From a virus (Duplodnaviria; Caudoviricetes), in the IMG/VR virus record IMGVR_UViG_3300047390_000001, positions 1 through 35,345 of that record: DNA of 35,345 bases. One strand, 5' to 3'. The notes beneath the pieces are model-generated. The model was not told the origin of the DNA and ran no database searches. It saw nothing but the letters and a program-made list of their open reading frames with translations. Shown piece after piece: positions 1-9,080 of this stretch; within the stretch, counting starts at the first letter, position 1; every line of letters begins with the position of its first letter. The translations under genes and the position numbers were made by a program.

Positions 1-85
1 CACCCCCACCCCCTATCGAATTACACCTGACCGTCTCGCAGAAACTTTTTAAAAACACCCCCCGGGTAGGATTCCTAACCTCCCC

Positions 86-115
86 TTGCACAAAGATATA
101 TTTTTCTGTTACATT
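86..115 (+). promoter_or_regulatory. Putative sigma70-type promoter for the packaging/head operon
   Basis: TTGCAC (86-91), an 18-nt AT-rich spacer, then extended -10 TG-t-TACATT (107-115). It is followed by AAGGAG and the ATG at 147. Confidence 0.55.
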
Positions 116-146
116 TAGAACAACTGTCGAAGGAGCCTTCGCTGAC

Positions 147-719
147 ATGGAACAAATAGTGCCGAATATTGAGGAGAACATTCCTCTGCCACAGAACGCT
201 AAAGAGGCGTTCCCGGAGCTGTCGCCTGCTGAAGAACTGCAGATGCGAGCCAATGTCATCAAGTTAATGTCAGACTTGACTGGCCAAGAACTATCCCCAA
301 CCAAAGAAAACGCTAATCAAGCCACAGAACTAGCTCGTCAGATGGCGTCTAATCCTGCTCACAGACCCGAGTTTGCCAAATACCCCAACGAAACATTAGC
401 GTTTCTTGCAGGAATGGTCGCGCAGATGAACGTCTCTATCGTGGACGAGCTATCTGACTTGAAGTTGTACGTGGTAAATAAACTTGTTGCCGAGGTAGAG
501 AACGCAAAAGACCCCAAAGTAAGGGTTGCTGCACTATCTAAACTAGGTGAAGTAGATGGCGTAGACGCGTTTAAGAAACGCTCTGAAATTACACACAAAA
601 TTATGACTGCCGAAGAGGTCGAAAAAGAACTTTTAGAAACCTTACAAAGTTTAGAGAGTAAGGTTATTGACGTAGAAGCACGTGAAGTAATAAAGAACGA
701 TGCAAAAACTGACGCCTGA
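147..719 (+). CDS. Probable terminase small subunit
   Basis: 190-aa helical protein directly upstream of and overlapping terL. The call rests mainly on position. Confidence 0.5.
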   Translation: MEQIVPNIEENIPLPQNAKEAFPELSPAEELQMRANVIKLMSDLTGQELSPTKENANQATELARQMASNPAHRPEFAKYPNETLAFLAGMVAQMNVSIVDELSDLKLYVVNKLVAEVENAKDPKVRVAALSKLGEVDGVDAFKKRSEITHKIMTAEEVEKELLETLQSLESKVIDVEAREVIKNDAKTDA

Positions 720-2214
720 AGCAATTTTTAAGTTGCGACAAGCCTTGCCAGCTATGCCTGACAAGCAGAAAAGACGCACGCTTGAGCTGCTAAAGAAGTA
801 CGACGCTAACATGACCCAGGATATGGGTAAGGAGAGCTTTCTTGACTTCATTCAACACGTCTATCCCGGATATAAAGTGGGACCCCACCACCTTAAACTT
901 ATTCAAATCTTTGAAGATATTGCTGCTGGTAAGAAAAAACGCGTCATTGTTAACATTGCTCCACGACACGGTAAGTCTGAGCTCATATCCTATCTTGCAC
1001 CAGCGTGGTTCTTGGGTAAGTATCCGCATAAGAAAATTATCATGGGCTCTCACACGGCGGATCTGGCTGTTAACTTTGGCCGTCGTGTGCGTAACCTCGT
1101 TGGATCAGAAGCTTATAAGGGAATATTTCCTCAAGTTGAACTACAGAGCGATTCAAAATCCGCTTCTCGCTGGGGTACAAACTTTAATGGTGAGTATTTT
1201 GCTATTGGTGTCGGGGGCGCTCTTGCTGGTCGTGGTGCTGACCTGTTCATTATTGATGATCCCCACTCAGAACAAGAAGCTAAAACAGGTAGGGCAGATG
1301 TTTTCTTACCTGCTTGGGAATGGTTCCAGTCTGGCCCTTTGCAGCGTCTTATGCCGGGAGGCGCTATTATCATTGTGATGACTCGTTGGTCCAAATTGGA
1401 CCTGACGGGCATGATTGTTCAGCAAACTGAACGAAATGAAGACGTAGATCCGTGGGAAGTAATTGAATTTCCTGCTATTAAGGACGATGGACAGGCACTT
1501 TGGCCAGAATTTTGGGATATTGAAGAGCTTTTATCTAAAAAAGCGGCTTTGGACGTTCGTTATTGGAATGCACAGTACATGCAGCAGCCCACTTCTGAAG
1601 AAGGGGCGCTAATTAAGAGAGAATGGTGGAAAATTTGGGAGAAAGATGACCCTCCCGAGTGCGAATTTATCATTATGTCTCTTGATGCCGCACAAGAAGC
1701 TAACAATAGAGCTGATTACAACGCGCTGACGACATGGGGTGTGTTTTATAACGAGGAAACACAGAATTTTGCCATCATCTTGCTTAATGCAATCAAGAAA
1801 AGGATGGAGTACCCAGAGCTTAAGAAGCTGGTACTTGAGGAGTACAAGGAGTGGCAGCCTGATGCGTTCATGGTGGAGAAGAAATCTAACGGATCGGCGC
1901 TGTATCAAGAGTTTAGGCGCATGGGCGTGCCCGTAGGGGAGTTTACTCCGGGCAAAGGACAGGACAAAATAGCGCGTGTGAACGCGGTGTCTGATTTATT
2001 TGCGTCTGGCATTGTGTTTGCACCAGACCACCGGTGGGCTAAGGAAGTAATAGAAGAGTGCAACGACTTCCCTGCTGGCACAAACGACGACTTGGTGGAC
2101 TCCACAACGCTTGCGCTGTTAAGATTCCGGCAGGGTGGGTTTTTACGACTTCCGACGGACGAGCCGGAAGATAATTTTTTAAAACAGTATCGCAAGAAAG
2201 CTGCGTACTACTAA
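700..2214 (+). CDS. terL: Terminase large subunit
   Basis: Walker A (IAPRHGKS), Walker B (LFIIDD), coupling motif VMTRW, and RNase H-like nuclease acidic motifs (SLDAA, VEKK, DDLVDS). Confidence 0.96.
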   Translation: MQKLTPEAIFKLRQALPAMPDKQKRRTLELLKKYDANMTQDMGKESFLDFIQHVYPGYKVGPHHLKLIQIFEDIAAGKKKRVIVNIAPRHGKSELISYLAPAWFLGKYPHKKIIMGSHTADLAVNFGRRVRNLVGSEAYKGIFPQVELQSDSKSASRWGTNFNGEYFAIGVGGALAGRGADLFIIDDPHSEQEAKTGRADVFLPAWEWFQSGPLQRLMPGGAIIIVMTRWSKLDLTGMIVQQTERNEDVDPWEVIEFPAIKDDGQALWPEFWDIEELLSKKAALDVRYWNAQYMQQPTSEEGALIKREWWKIWEKDDPPECEFIIMSLDAAQEANNRADYNALTTWGVFYNEETQNFAIILLNAIKKRMEYPELKKLVLEEYKEWQPDAFMVEKKSNGSALYQEFRRMGVPVGEFTPGKGQDKIARVNAVSDLFASGIVFAPDHRWAKEVIEECNDFPAGTNDDLVDSTTLALLRFRQGGFLRLPTDEPEDNFLKQYRKKAAYY

Positions 2215-2223
2215 GGATAGATC

Positions 2224-4743
2224 ATGGCGACAAATATAGATAAAGCTTTGTATGAGGCTCCTCAAGGACTTGATCAGTTGGGGGCGGCAGAAGAACCAAT
2301 TGAGATTGAGATTGAAGACCCTGAGTCAGTACGTATCAAGACAGGGGATATAGAGATTGAGATTGAGCCAGAAGAGGGCGATGATGAGTTTAGTAAAAAC
2401 TTAGCTGAAGAGATCCCTGATGATGTTCTTGCCGCACTTGCTAGCGAGTTGATTGGCGATTATGAGTCTGATGTATCTGCCCGTAAAGATTGGGTGCAGA
2501 CTTACGTTGATGGCCTAGAACTATTAGGTTTGAAGATTGAAGAAAGATCAGAGCCTTGGCCCGGTGCTTGCGGCGTGTACCACCCACTGCTGACTGAAGC
2601 GGTTGTGAAGTTTCAAGCTGAAACGATGATGGAGACATTCCCTGCGTCTGGTCCTGTCAAGACTAAGATCATCGGCAAAGAAACTCCAGATAAAAAAGAC
2701 GCAGCGGAGCGAGTTCAAGAAGACATGAACTATCAGCTTACTGACGTGATGAAAGAGTACCGTCCTGAGCACGAGCGCATGCTCTGGGGCTTGGGCCTTG
2801 CTGGTAACGCGTTCAAGAAGGTGTACTACGATCCATCACTTGGTCGTCAAGTATCTATGTATGCGCCAGCAGAAGATGTGGTCGTGCCTTACGGTGCTTC
2901 AAGTCTCGCTGATGCAGAACGTATTACGCATGTCATGCGTAAAAACAAGAACGATCTTAAGCGACTACAGCATGAGGGTTTCTACCGTGATATTGATCTG
3001 GGTGAGCCTACCCAGACAATGGACGAAGTTGAAAAGCGTATTGCAGAGAAGATGGGCTTTCGTGCAACGCAAGATGATCGATTTAAACTCTTGGAGATGC
3101 AGGTCAACTTAGACCTTGAAGGCTATGAGCATAAAGACGAAGATACAGGCAAAGAGACGGGGATTGCGCTCCCATACATCGTCACGATTGAGAAGGGTAC
3201 AACGAACATCCTTGCGATCCGCCGCAACTGGGAACCAGACGACGAACTCTGCCAAAAGCGCACGCATTTCGTCCACTACGGTTACATTCCCGGGTTTGGT
3301 TTTTATAATTTTGGCCTTGTCCATCTTATTGGTTCTTTTGCTAAATCTGGTACTTCTATTCTTCGTCAGTTGGTGGACGCTGGAACTCTATCTAATCTAC
3401 CCGGCGGATTTAAGACTCGAGGACTACGTACCAAAGGCGACGATACCCCAATCTCCCCGGGCGAGTTCCGTGATGTAGATGTTCCTAGCGGCACGATGCG
3501 TGACAACATCATGCCCTTGCCATACAAGGAGCCATCACAAGTCTTAGCGGCGTTGCTCAATCAGATCATTGATGAGGGTCGCAAGTTTGCTGGCGCTGTT
3601 GAGCTGCAGACATCGGACATGAGTGCTCAAGCACCTGTGGGCACTACACTGGCTATTCTCGAGCGTCAACTCAAGACAATGTCAGCTGTTCAGTCACGCA
3701 TCCACTACTCGATGAAGCAAGAGTTTAAGCTCTTAAAAATAATCATCCGTGACTACACACCACCAACGTACAGCTACGAGCCAGAAGAAGGTGGGCGTCG
3801 TGCGAAGCAGTCTGACTACGACATGGTTGACATCATCCCAGTGAGTGATCCCAACGCTGCGACGATGGCGCAGAAAGTTGTCCAGTATCAGGCGGCTCTC
3901 CAGTTGGCTCAGACTGCGCCGCAGCTGTATGACTTGCCACTTTTGCATCGTCAGATGTTAGATGTGTTGGGTATCAAGAATTACCAGAAACTTGTGCCAA
4001 TTCATGACGACATGAAGCCGCGTGACCCTGTTACAGAGAATCAGAACTTGCTCAATAACAAGCCTGTTAAAGCGTTCATCTATCAGGACCATAACGCGCA
4101 CATTACTGTCCATATGGCAGCGGCGCAAGATCCGCATATACAGAAGTTGTTAGCTCAAAGCCCGCAAATGGCGCAGTCTATTTCGGCGGCGCTATCAGCA
4201 CACGTTGCTGAGCACTTGGGCATGGAGATGCGTAAACAGATCGAGCAGTCAATGGGCCAGACGTTACCGCCGTACAACGAAGATTTGGACGAAGCCGATA
4301 TGTCTCCAGAGATGGAGGTTCAGGTGTCTCAGATGGCCGCGCAAGCAGCGCAGCAAATCGTGCAACAGCATCAACAAGAAGCCCAGCAACAGAAGAACCA
4401 GCAGATGCAGCAAGACCCGCTCATTCAGTTGCAACAGCAAGAACTCCAGATCAAAGCGCAAGAGCAGCAACGCAAATCAGCTAAAGATCAGGCCGACGTC
4501 ATGCTCAAGCAAGCTCAACTACAGATTGAGCGTGAACGTATCAATGCGCAGCAGGAGACTGAAGGAGCCAAGCTTGCAATCAGAGCGCAAGCTGATAAAC
4601 AGCAGCGTGATCACGCACATGAGCAGGCAGGTTTCACAACAGGTATGGACTTACAGAAACACCAGATGATGCTGGCTAACCAAGAGCGTGTTGCGCGCAT
4701 GCAGGCAGAGAGTAGGTCTAAACAACCTAAGAAAGGTGACTGA
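2224..4743 (+). CDS. Portal protein (P22-like, long Gln-rich C-terminal helical barrel)
   Basis: 839 aa directly after terL, with portal-like motifs (HPLLTEA, GNAFKKVYYD, PGFGFYNFG) and a Q-rich coiled-coil C-terminus. Confidence 0.9.
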   Translation: MATNIDKALYEAPQGLDQLGAAEEPIEIEIEDPESVRIKTGDIEIEIEPEEGDDEFSKNLAEEIPDDVLAALASELIGDYESDVSARKDWVQTYVDGLELLGLKIEERSEPWPGACGVYHPLLTEAVVKFQAETMMETFPASGPVKTKIIGKETPDKKDAAERVQEDMNYQLTDVMKEYRPEHERMLWGLGLAGNAFKKVYYDPSLGRQVSMYAPAEDVVVPYGASSLADAERITHVMRKNKNDLKRLQHEGFYRDIDLGEPTQTMDEVEKRIAEKMGFRATQDDRFKLLEMQVNLDLEGYEHKDEDTGKETGIALPYIVTIEKGTTNILAIRRNWEPDDELCQKRTHFVHYGYIPGFGFYNFGLVHLIGSFAKSGTSILRQLVDAGTLSNLPGGFKTRGLRTKGDDTPISPGEFRDVDVPSGTMRDNIMPLPYKEPSQVLAALLNQIIDEGRKFAGAVELQTSDMSAQAPVGTTLAILERQLKTMSAVQSRIHYSMKQEFKLLKIIIRDYTPPTYSYEPEEGGRRAKQSDYDMVDIIPVSDPNAATMAQKVVQYQAALQLAQTAPQLYDLPLLHRQMLDVLGIKNYQKLVPIHDDMKPRDPVTENQNLLNNKPVKAFIYQDHNAHITVHMAAAQDPHIQKLLAQSPQMAQSISAALSAHVAEHLGMEMRKQIEQSMGQTLPPYNEDLDEADMSPEMEVQVSQMAAQAAQQIVQQHQQEAQQQKNQQMQQDPLIQLQQQELQIKAQEQQRKSAKDQADVMLKQAQLQIERERINAQQETEGAKLAIRAQADKQQRDHAHEQAGFTTGMDLQKHQMMLANQERVARMQAESRSKQPKKGD

Positions 4744-4943
4744 TGTACCAAACTAAACAGGCGCTGGACCTTTTGATTCAGCAAATTGATGCAAGCATCA
4801 AACAAATCGAGGAAGACTTAGGAGCCAAATCTGCTAAGTCTTACGAGGAGTACTGCAATAAATGTGGGGTCATCACAGGTCTACTCACAGCTCGCAGAAA
4901 TATTACAGACCTGACAAAAAACATGGAGGATTCGGATGAGTGA
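4743..4943 (+). CDS. Small helical hypothetical protein
   Basis: TGATG overlap with the portal gene; 66 aa (KSYEEY..CGVITGL); lies between portal and GroES. Confidence 0.75.
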   Translation: MYQTKQALDLLIQQIDASIKQIEEDLGAKSAKSYEEYCNKCGVITGLLTARRNITDLTKNMEDSDE

Positions 4944-5355
4944 TTTACCTGCGCTGGACTTGAGTAAGGTTGTTGATTTATCAGCGCTGATGCACAAAAA
5001 AACGGAAGAGAAAGCAAAACAACTACCAAAGCCGACAGGCTATCGCATTCTTTGCGCAATCCCAGAAGCGGAGAAGCAGTTTGAAGAGAGCGAAGCTGGC
5101 TTGATAAAAGCAGACGAAACCATGCGCAACGAAGAGACCCTCACAACGGTCTTGTTTGTTGTTGAGCTTGGTCCAGACTGTTACAAAGATACAACAAAGT
5201 TCCCAACGGGACCTTGGTGTAAACAAGGCGACTTTATTTTGGTCCGGCCCTACGCTGGCTCACGATTGGTCATCCACGGTAGAGAGTTCCGCATCATCAA
5301 CGACGATACTGTAGAAGGTATTGTTGACGATCCACGCGGCATAAAACGCAAATAA
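4936..5355 (+). CDS. groES: Phage co-chaperonin GroES (Cpn10)
   Basis: KPTGYRIL..., GLI, VVELGPD, KQGDFIL...YAGSRL..HGREFRIINDDTVEGIV match the Cpn10 pattern. GGAGG RBS. Confidence 0.88.
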   Translation: MSDLPALDLSKVVDLSALMHKKTEEKAKQLPKPTGYRILCAIPEAEKQFEESEAGLIKADETMRNEETLTTVLFVVELGPDCYKDTTKFPTGPWCKQGDFILVRPYAGSRLVIHGREFRIINDDTVEGIVDDPRGIKRK

Positions 5356-5364
5356 GGAGCGCAC

Positions 5365-6342
5365 ATGCCTAGATTTAGCGATAGCTATAAATTTCCCGAC
5401 GAGCAAGAAAATAAGGGTAAACCCGAAGATACCCTAGATATTTCCGTTGAGGGTGATGACGTAGATATTAATATCGACGTAAAAGACGATACTCCCCCCG
5501 AAGATCGGTTTGTAGAACCTCTTCCCGAGGCCATTAAAGAAGACTTAGAGAAGGCTGATGACTCTGAAGACTACTCTCATAACGTAAAGCTTAAATTTAA
5601 GCAGTACAAGAAGGCTTGGCACGACGAGCGTAGAGAGAAAGAGGCTGCAATACGTGAGCAACAAGAGTCTTTAGCCGTTGCCCAACGTATTCTTGACGAG
5701 AACCGTAAGCTTAAAAGCGTTCTAGAATCAGGCGAAAAAGAGCTTATTTCTACATATCAGAATTCTGCTGAGATGGAAGTCGATAAAGCCAGCCGTAACT
5801 ATAAAGAAGCCTACGACTCGGGTGATTCCGATAAGTTACTTGAAGCTCAGCAGGAGATGATCCGTGCGCAGCTTAAGCTCGATAAAGCAAAAAATTTCAA
5901 ACCTACTGTACAAAACGAAGAAAATGATGTACAAATCACGCCACAGAGGACTCAAAACCCTCAGATGGACCCAAAAGTTGCGTCATGGGTATCAAAAAAC
6001 CCATGGTTCGTTGACCAGAATAAACGATCTATGCGCAGATATGCTGAAGGTGTCCACGAGGACTTAGAGTCTAGATATGGTCGAGGCTTCATTGGTACAG
6101 ATGAGTACTATGCAGCGATAGATAAAGAAGTTCAGCGCCGGTTCCCAGAAGAATTTGGCACTACTTACAACGAAGAGGAAGATAAACCTCAACGTACAAA
6201 ACCAAGCACGGTGGTCGCACCAGCTAAAAGGAGTACTGCTCCTAAAAAAGTAGTTCTTTCTAAGACGCAGGTGGGCTTGGCAAAGAAATTTGGATTAACC
6301 AACGAGCAATATGCTCGTGAACTCATGAAATTGGAGGCCTAA
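5365..6342 (+). CDS. Capsid scaffolding protein (probable)
   Basis: Acidic N-terminus, long coiled coil, W...NPWF motif and basic C-terminal LSKTQVGLAKKFGLTNEQYAR. Located upstream of the capsid genes; AAGGAG RBS. Confidence 0.7.
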   Translation: MPRFSDSYKFPDEQENKGKPEDTLDISVEGDDVDINIDVKDDTPPEDRFVEPLPEAIKEDLEKADDSEDYSHNVKLKFKQYKKAWHDERREKEAAIREQQESLAVAQRILDENRKLKSVLESGEKELISTYQNSAEMEVDKASRNYKEAYDSGDSDKLLEAQQEMIRAQLKLDKAKNFKPTVQNEENDVQITPQRTQNPQMDPKVASWVSKNPWFVDQNKRSMRRYAEGVHEDLESRYGRGFIGTDEYYAAIDKEVQRRFPEEFGTTYNEEEDKPQRTKPSTVVAPAKRSTAPKKVVLSKTQVGLAKKFGLTNEQYARELMKLEA

Positions 6343-6792
6343 ATGGCTGAAAGCAGATTACAACGCGAGATTACAAATAGAACTACCCAAGAGCGCCCCA
6401 AGCAGTGGCAGCAGGCGGAACTTCTACCGGAGCCAGATAAGACTCCGGGCTACGCGTACAGATGGATTCGGGTTTCTACTTTGGACAAGGCTGATCCTCG
6501 TAACCTCTCCGCCAAATTGCGCGAAGGTTGGGAGGTAGTTAATGTCGAAGAGCAACCTAAATTTCAACTGCTAGTTGATCCCAATAGCCGTTTTAAAGAC
6601 AGCATTGAGATTGGCGGATTGTTACTTTGCAAGACTCCTTCTGAGTTTGTTGATCAGCGAACAAAACACTTTGCTGATATGACGCAAGCACAGGCGGATG
6701 CTGTAGATAACAATTTAATGCGTCAAAGCGATGCGCGGATGCCACTCTTTAATGAGCGAAAATCTTCGACTAGCTTTGGTAAAGGTACTTAA
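6343..6792 (+). CDS. Head-module protein, function unknown
   Basis: 149 aa (GYAYRWIR, LREGWE, IGGLLLCK), GGAGG RBS, abuts the scaffold stop codon. Confidence 0.8.
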   Translation: MAESRLQREITNRTTQERPKQWQQAELLPEPDKTPGYAYRWIRVSTLDKADPRNLSAKLREGWEVVNVEEQPKFQLLVDPNSRFKDSIEIGGLLLCKTPSEFVDQRTKHFADMTQAQADAVDNNLMRQSDARMPLFNERKSSTSFGKGT

Positions 6793-6808
6793 TTTTTAGG
6801 AGTCTTAA

Positions 6809-7417
6809 ATGGCATACCCTACAGTCTCGGCCCCTTACGGTCTAAAGCCTGTAAACCTAATAGGTGGACAGGTATTTGCGGGCGCAACCCGCCAAATGGA
6901 AATCGCAAGTGGTTACGCCACCAGCATTTTCTACGGTGACTTGGTAAAACGTGTTGCTGATGGAACTATCGAAAAGGACGCTGGCACAACAACCGCCACT
7001 CCTTGTGGTGTGTTCTTGGGCGTAAGTTTTACTAACAGTTCAACAGGTCAAGTTCAACAACAGCAATTTTATCCAGCAAGTCAGTCTATTAAGTCTGGCA
7101 CAAAGATTTTTGCAGTTGTTGCGGATGATCCTGATACGCTGTTCCAAGTAGTTTCTTGTTCTGCAACCACAACCGTGGCCGGAATGGGCATTTCTGCTAT
7201 TGGTAATAACATTGCTTTGATTCAGAACGCTGGTTCAACTACTACTGGTAATTCAGCAGTAGCAATTGATGAAGGCACTCAAGCTACTACCAATACGTTG
7301 CCTATCCGCATCATTGATGTGGTTCGTGAGACAGCAACAGGCTCTGATACATTTGTTGAGTTTATCGTCAAGATCAACGCAACTATGCATCAGTACAACA
7401 ATTCTACTGGCATATAA
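6809..7417 (+). CDS. Probable capsid decoration/cement protein
   Basis: 202 aa, beta-rich and T/G/A-rich (APYGLKPV, IFYGDLV, DDPD), directly upstream of the major capsid gene. Confidence 0.6.
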   Translation: MAYPTVSAPYGLKPVNLIGGQVFAGATRQMEIASGYATSIFYGDLVKRVADGTIEKDAGTTTATPCGVFLGVSFTNSSTGQVQQQQFYPASQSIKSGTKIFAVVADDPDTLFQVVSCSATTTVAGMGISAIGNNIALIQNAGSTTTGNSAVAIDEGTQATTNTLPIRIIDVVRETATGSDTFVEFIVKINATMHQYNNSTGI

Positions 7418-7429
7418 GGAGCGTAAATC

Positions 7430-8341
7430 ATGGCTATTTCACGCGCACAACTATTGAAAGAGCTGCTCCCAGGCTTGAACGCATTGTTCGGTTTAGAGTA
7501 TGCACGTTACGGCGAAGAGCACAAAGAGATCTACGAAACAGAGACCTCTGAGCGTTCATTCGAAGAAGAGACGAAACTGTCTGGTTTCTCTGCTGCACCT
7601 GTTAAGAACGAGGGCTCTGCCATCGCTTATGACAATGCACAAGAAGCATGGACTGCTCGTTACAACCACGAAACCATTGCTTTGGGCTTTAGCTTGACTG
7701 AAGAAGCTATTGAAGATAACTTGTATGACTCACTGTCTGCTCGTTACACCAAAGGTCTGGCTCGTGCTATGGCTTACACCAAGCAAGTTAAAGCTGCTGC
7801 TGTTCTAAACAACGGCTTCTCAGCTGGCGTTTATGCCGGTGGTGACGGTGTTGCTCTGTTCTCTACAGCGCACCCCTTGATCTCTGGTGGTGTAAACAGC
7901 AACACTCCATCTACCGCTGCTGATTTGAATGAAACATCGTTGGAAAACGCCGTTATTCAGATTGCTGGCTGGACAGATGAGCGTGGTTTGCTGATTGCTT
8001 CTAAGCCTAACAAATTGGTTGTTCCATCTGCATTACAGTTCACGGCAACTCGCTTGCTTGAGACTGAACTCCGCGTTAGCACTGCTGACAACGACATCAA
8101 TGCATTGAAAAACAACGGTTCAATCCCCGGTGGTTATTGCATTAACCACTTCTTGACCGATACCAATGCTTGGTTCTTGACTACAGATGTACCTAACGGT
8201 ATGAAGCATTTCATTCGTACACCGCTGTCTAACAGCATGGACGGTGACTTTGATACCGGTAACGTGCGTTATAAATCACGCGAGCGCTATTCTTTTGGCT
8301 TCTCAGACCCTCTGGGTATGTTTGGCTCACCAGGCGCTTAA
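7430..8341 (+). CDS. Major capsid protein (HK97 fold, Mu gpT-like family)
   Basis: MAISRAQLLKELLPGLNALFG, EEAIEDNLY, GGDGVALFSTAHP, DFDTGN.RYKSRERY. Strong RBS and a terminator downstream. Confidence 0.92.
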   Translation: MAISRAQLLKELLPGLNALFGLEYARYGEEHKEIYETETSERSFEEETKLSGFSAAPVKNEGSAIAYDNAQEAWTARYNHETIALGFSLTEEAIEDNLYDSLSARYTKGLARAMAYTKQVKAAAVLNNGFSAGVYAGGDGVALFSTAHPLISGGVNSNTPSTAADLNETSLENAVIQIAGWTDERGLLIASKPNKLVVPSALQFTATRLLETELRVSTADNDINALKNNGSIPGGYCINHFLTDTNAWFLTTDVPNGMKHFIRTPLSNSMDGDFDTGNVRYKSRERYSFGFSDPLGMFGSPGA

Positions 8342-8362
8342 TATTTCTTAGGAAATATTTGG

Positions 8363-8390
8363 AAGGGGGCCTTGCGCCCCCTTTTCTTTT
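8363..8390 (+). terminator. Rho-independent terminator after the capsid gene
   Basis: AAGGGGGC-cttgc-GCCCCCTT stem-loop followed by TTCTTTT. A second AT-rich hairpin (AATATTTC-ttag-GAAATATT, 8340-8359) precedes it. Confidence 0.88.
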
Positions 8391-8400
8391 GTTGTATATT
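8372..8400 (+). promoter_or_regulatory. Putative sigma70 promoter overlapping the terminator
   Basis: TTGCGC (8372-8377), 17 nt, TATATT (8395-8400). Confidence 0.45.
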
Positions 8401-8406
8401 GACTCC

Positions 8407-8482
8407 ATTCCGGGCTTATCCGGTGTTCTGACAGTCCCGGCTGACGACATGCAGACAGAACACCACAACTTGCATGTAAGGA
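8407..8482 (+). ncRNA. Candidate structured RNA (chained double pseudoknot) in the 5' leader of CDS 8489
   Basis: Three perfect interleaved helices: CCGGG 8410-14 with CCCGG 8436-40; GGTGTTCTG 8422-30 with CAGAACACC 8456-64; ACATGCA 8447-53 with TGCATGT 8471-77. The SD AAGGA follows immediately. Confidence 0.6.
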
Positions 8483-8488
8483 AAAATC

Positions 8489-9037
8489 ATGGCACGCACT
8501 ACGTTTCAAGGCCCAGTTCGTTCATTGGGCGGCATCTATCAACAAGGCCCAGCGTCTGTTGTTGAAATCACAACAAGCACCACATTAAGCCCTGAAGCTC
8601 ATGGCGGTCGTATTATTTCTGTTGGTGGTTCTTTAGCCGCCGCACTGACATTGACATTGCCTGCAATCAACGTTTCAACTAACTCCGTTACATCTGGCCC
8701 CGGTCAAGACCCCAATACACTGAACAACGAAGGCGTTGTTTACACGATCTGGGTTCCTACTACCATCTCTACAAGTTCGTTGAAGATTGGCACAACTTCT
8801 GGCTCTAGTGATTTGTATGTTGGCGCTGTAATCTCTATTGACTCAGATACATCTGGCGCTGTGGTTGCCTTCTCTGCTAACGGTTCTTCCAATGATTTCA
8901 TCAACTTGAACGGTACAACTACCGGCGGTGTTGCTGGCACATGGATTCAAATTGTGGCAATTGCTGCTGACAAGTACATGGTGAGTGGGAATGTTATTGG
9001 TTCCGGCACTGTTGCTACACCATTCGCAGATTCCTAA
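8489..9037 (+). CDS. Putative minor virion/head fibre protein
   Basis: 182 aa, S/T/G-rich beta protein (MARTTFQGPVRS...TLTLPA...ATPFADS), right after the capsid gene and with its own terminator. Confidence 0.7.
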   Translation: MARTTFQGPVRSLGGIYQQGPASVVEITTSTTLSPEAHGGRIISVGGSLAAALTLTLPAINVSTNSVTSGPGQDPNTLNNEGVVYTIWVPTTISTSSLKIGTTSGSSDLYVGAVISIDSDTSGAVVAFSANGSSNDFINLNGTTTGGVAGTWIQIVAIAADKYMVSGNVIGSGTVATPFADS

Positions 9038-9046
9038 TCAACCCAA

Positions 9047-9066
9047 GGGGCTTCGGCCCCGTTTTT
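9047..9066 (+). terminator. Rho-independent terminator
   Basis: GGGGC-TTCG-GCCCC (cUUCGg tetraloop) followed by GTTTTT. Confidence 0.85.
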
Positions 9067-9080
9067 AAAGGAGATTGATT

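Noticed and set aside
4205-4669. 154-aa alternate-frame ORF inside the portal gene
   Set aside because: No RBS; its S/R/N-rich composition is the shadow of the CAG/CAA-rich portal tail.
700-4743. Introns or inteins in terminase or portal
   Set aside because: Both ORFs are continuous, of ordinary length, and show no splicing or homing endonuclease motifs.
8407-8486. Canonical hammerhead ribozyme (stem, CUGACGA, stem, loop-loop pairing)
   Set aside because: The second stem is followed by UAAG rather than GAAA, and no stem III partner exists. Kept only as an unclassified structured RNA.
8359-8565. 68-aa ORF from the track spanning the terminator and RNA element
   Set aside because: TTG start, crosses a strong terminator and overlaps CDS 8489 out of frame.
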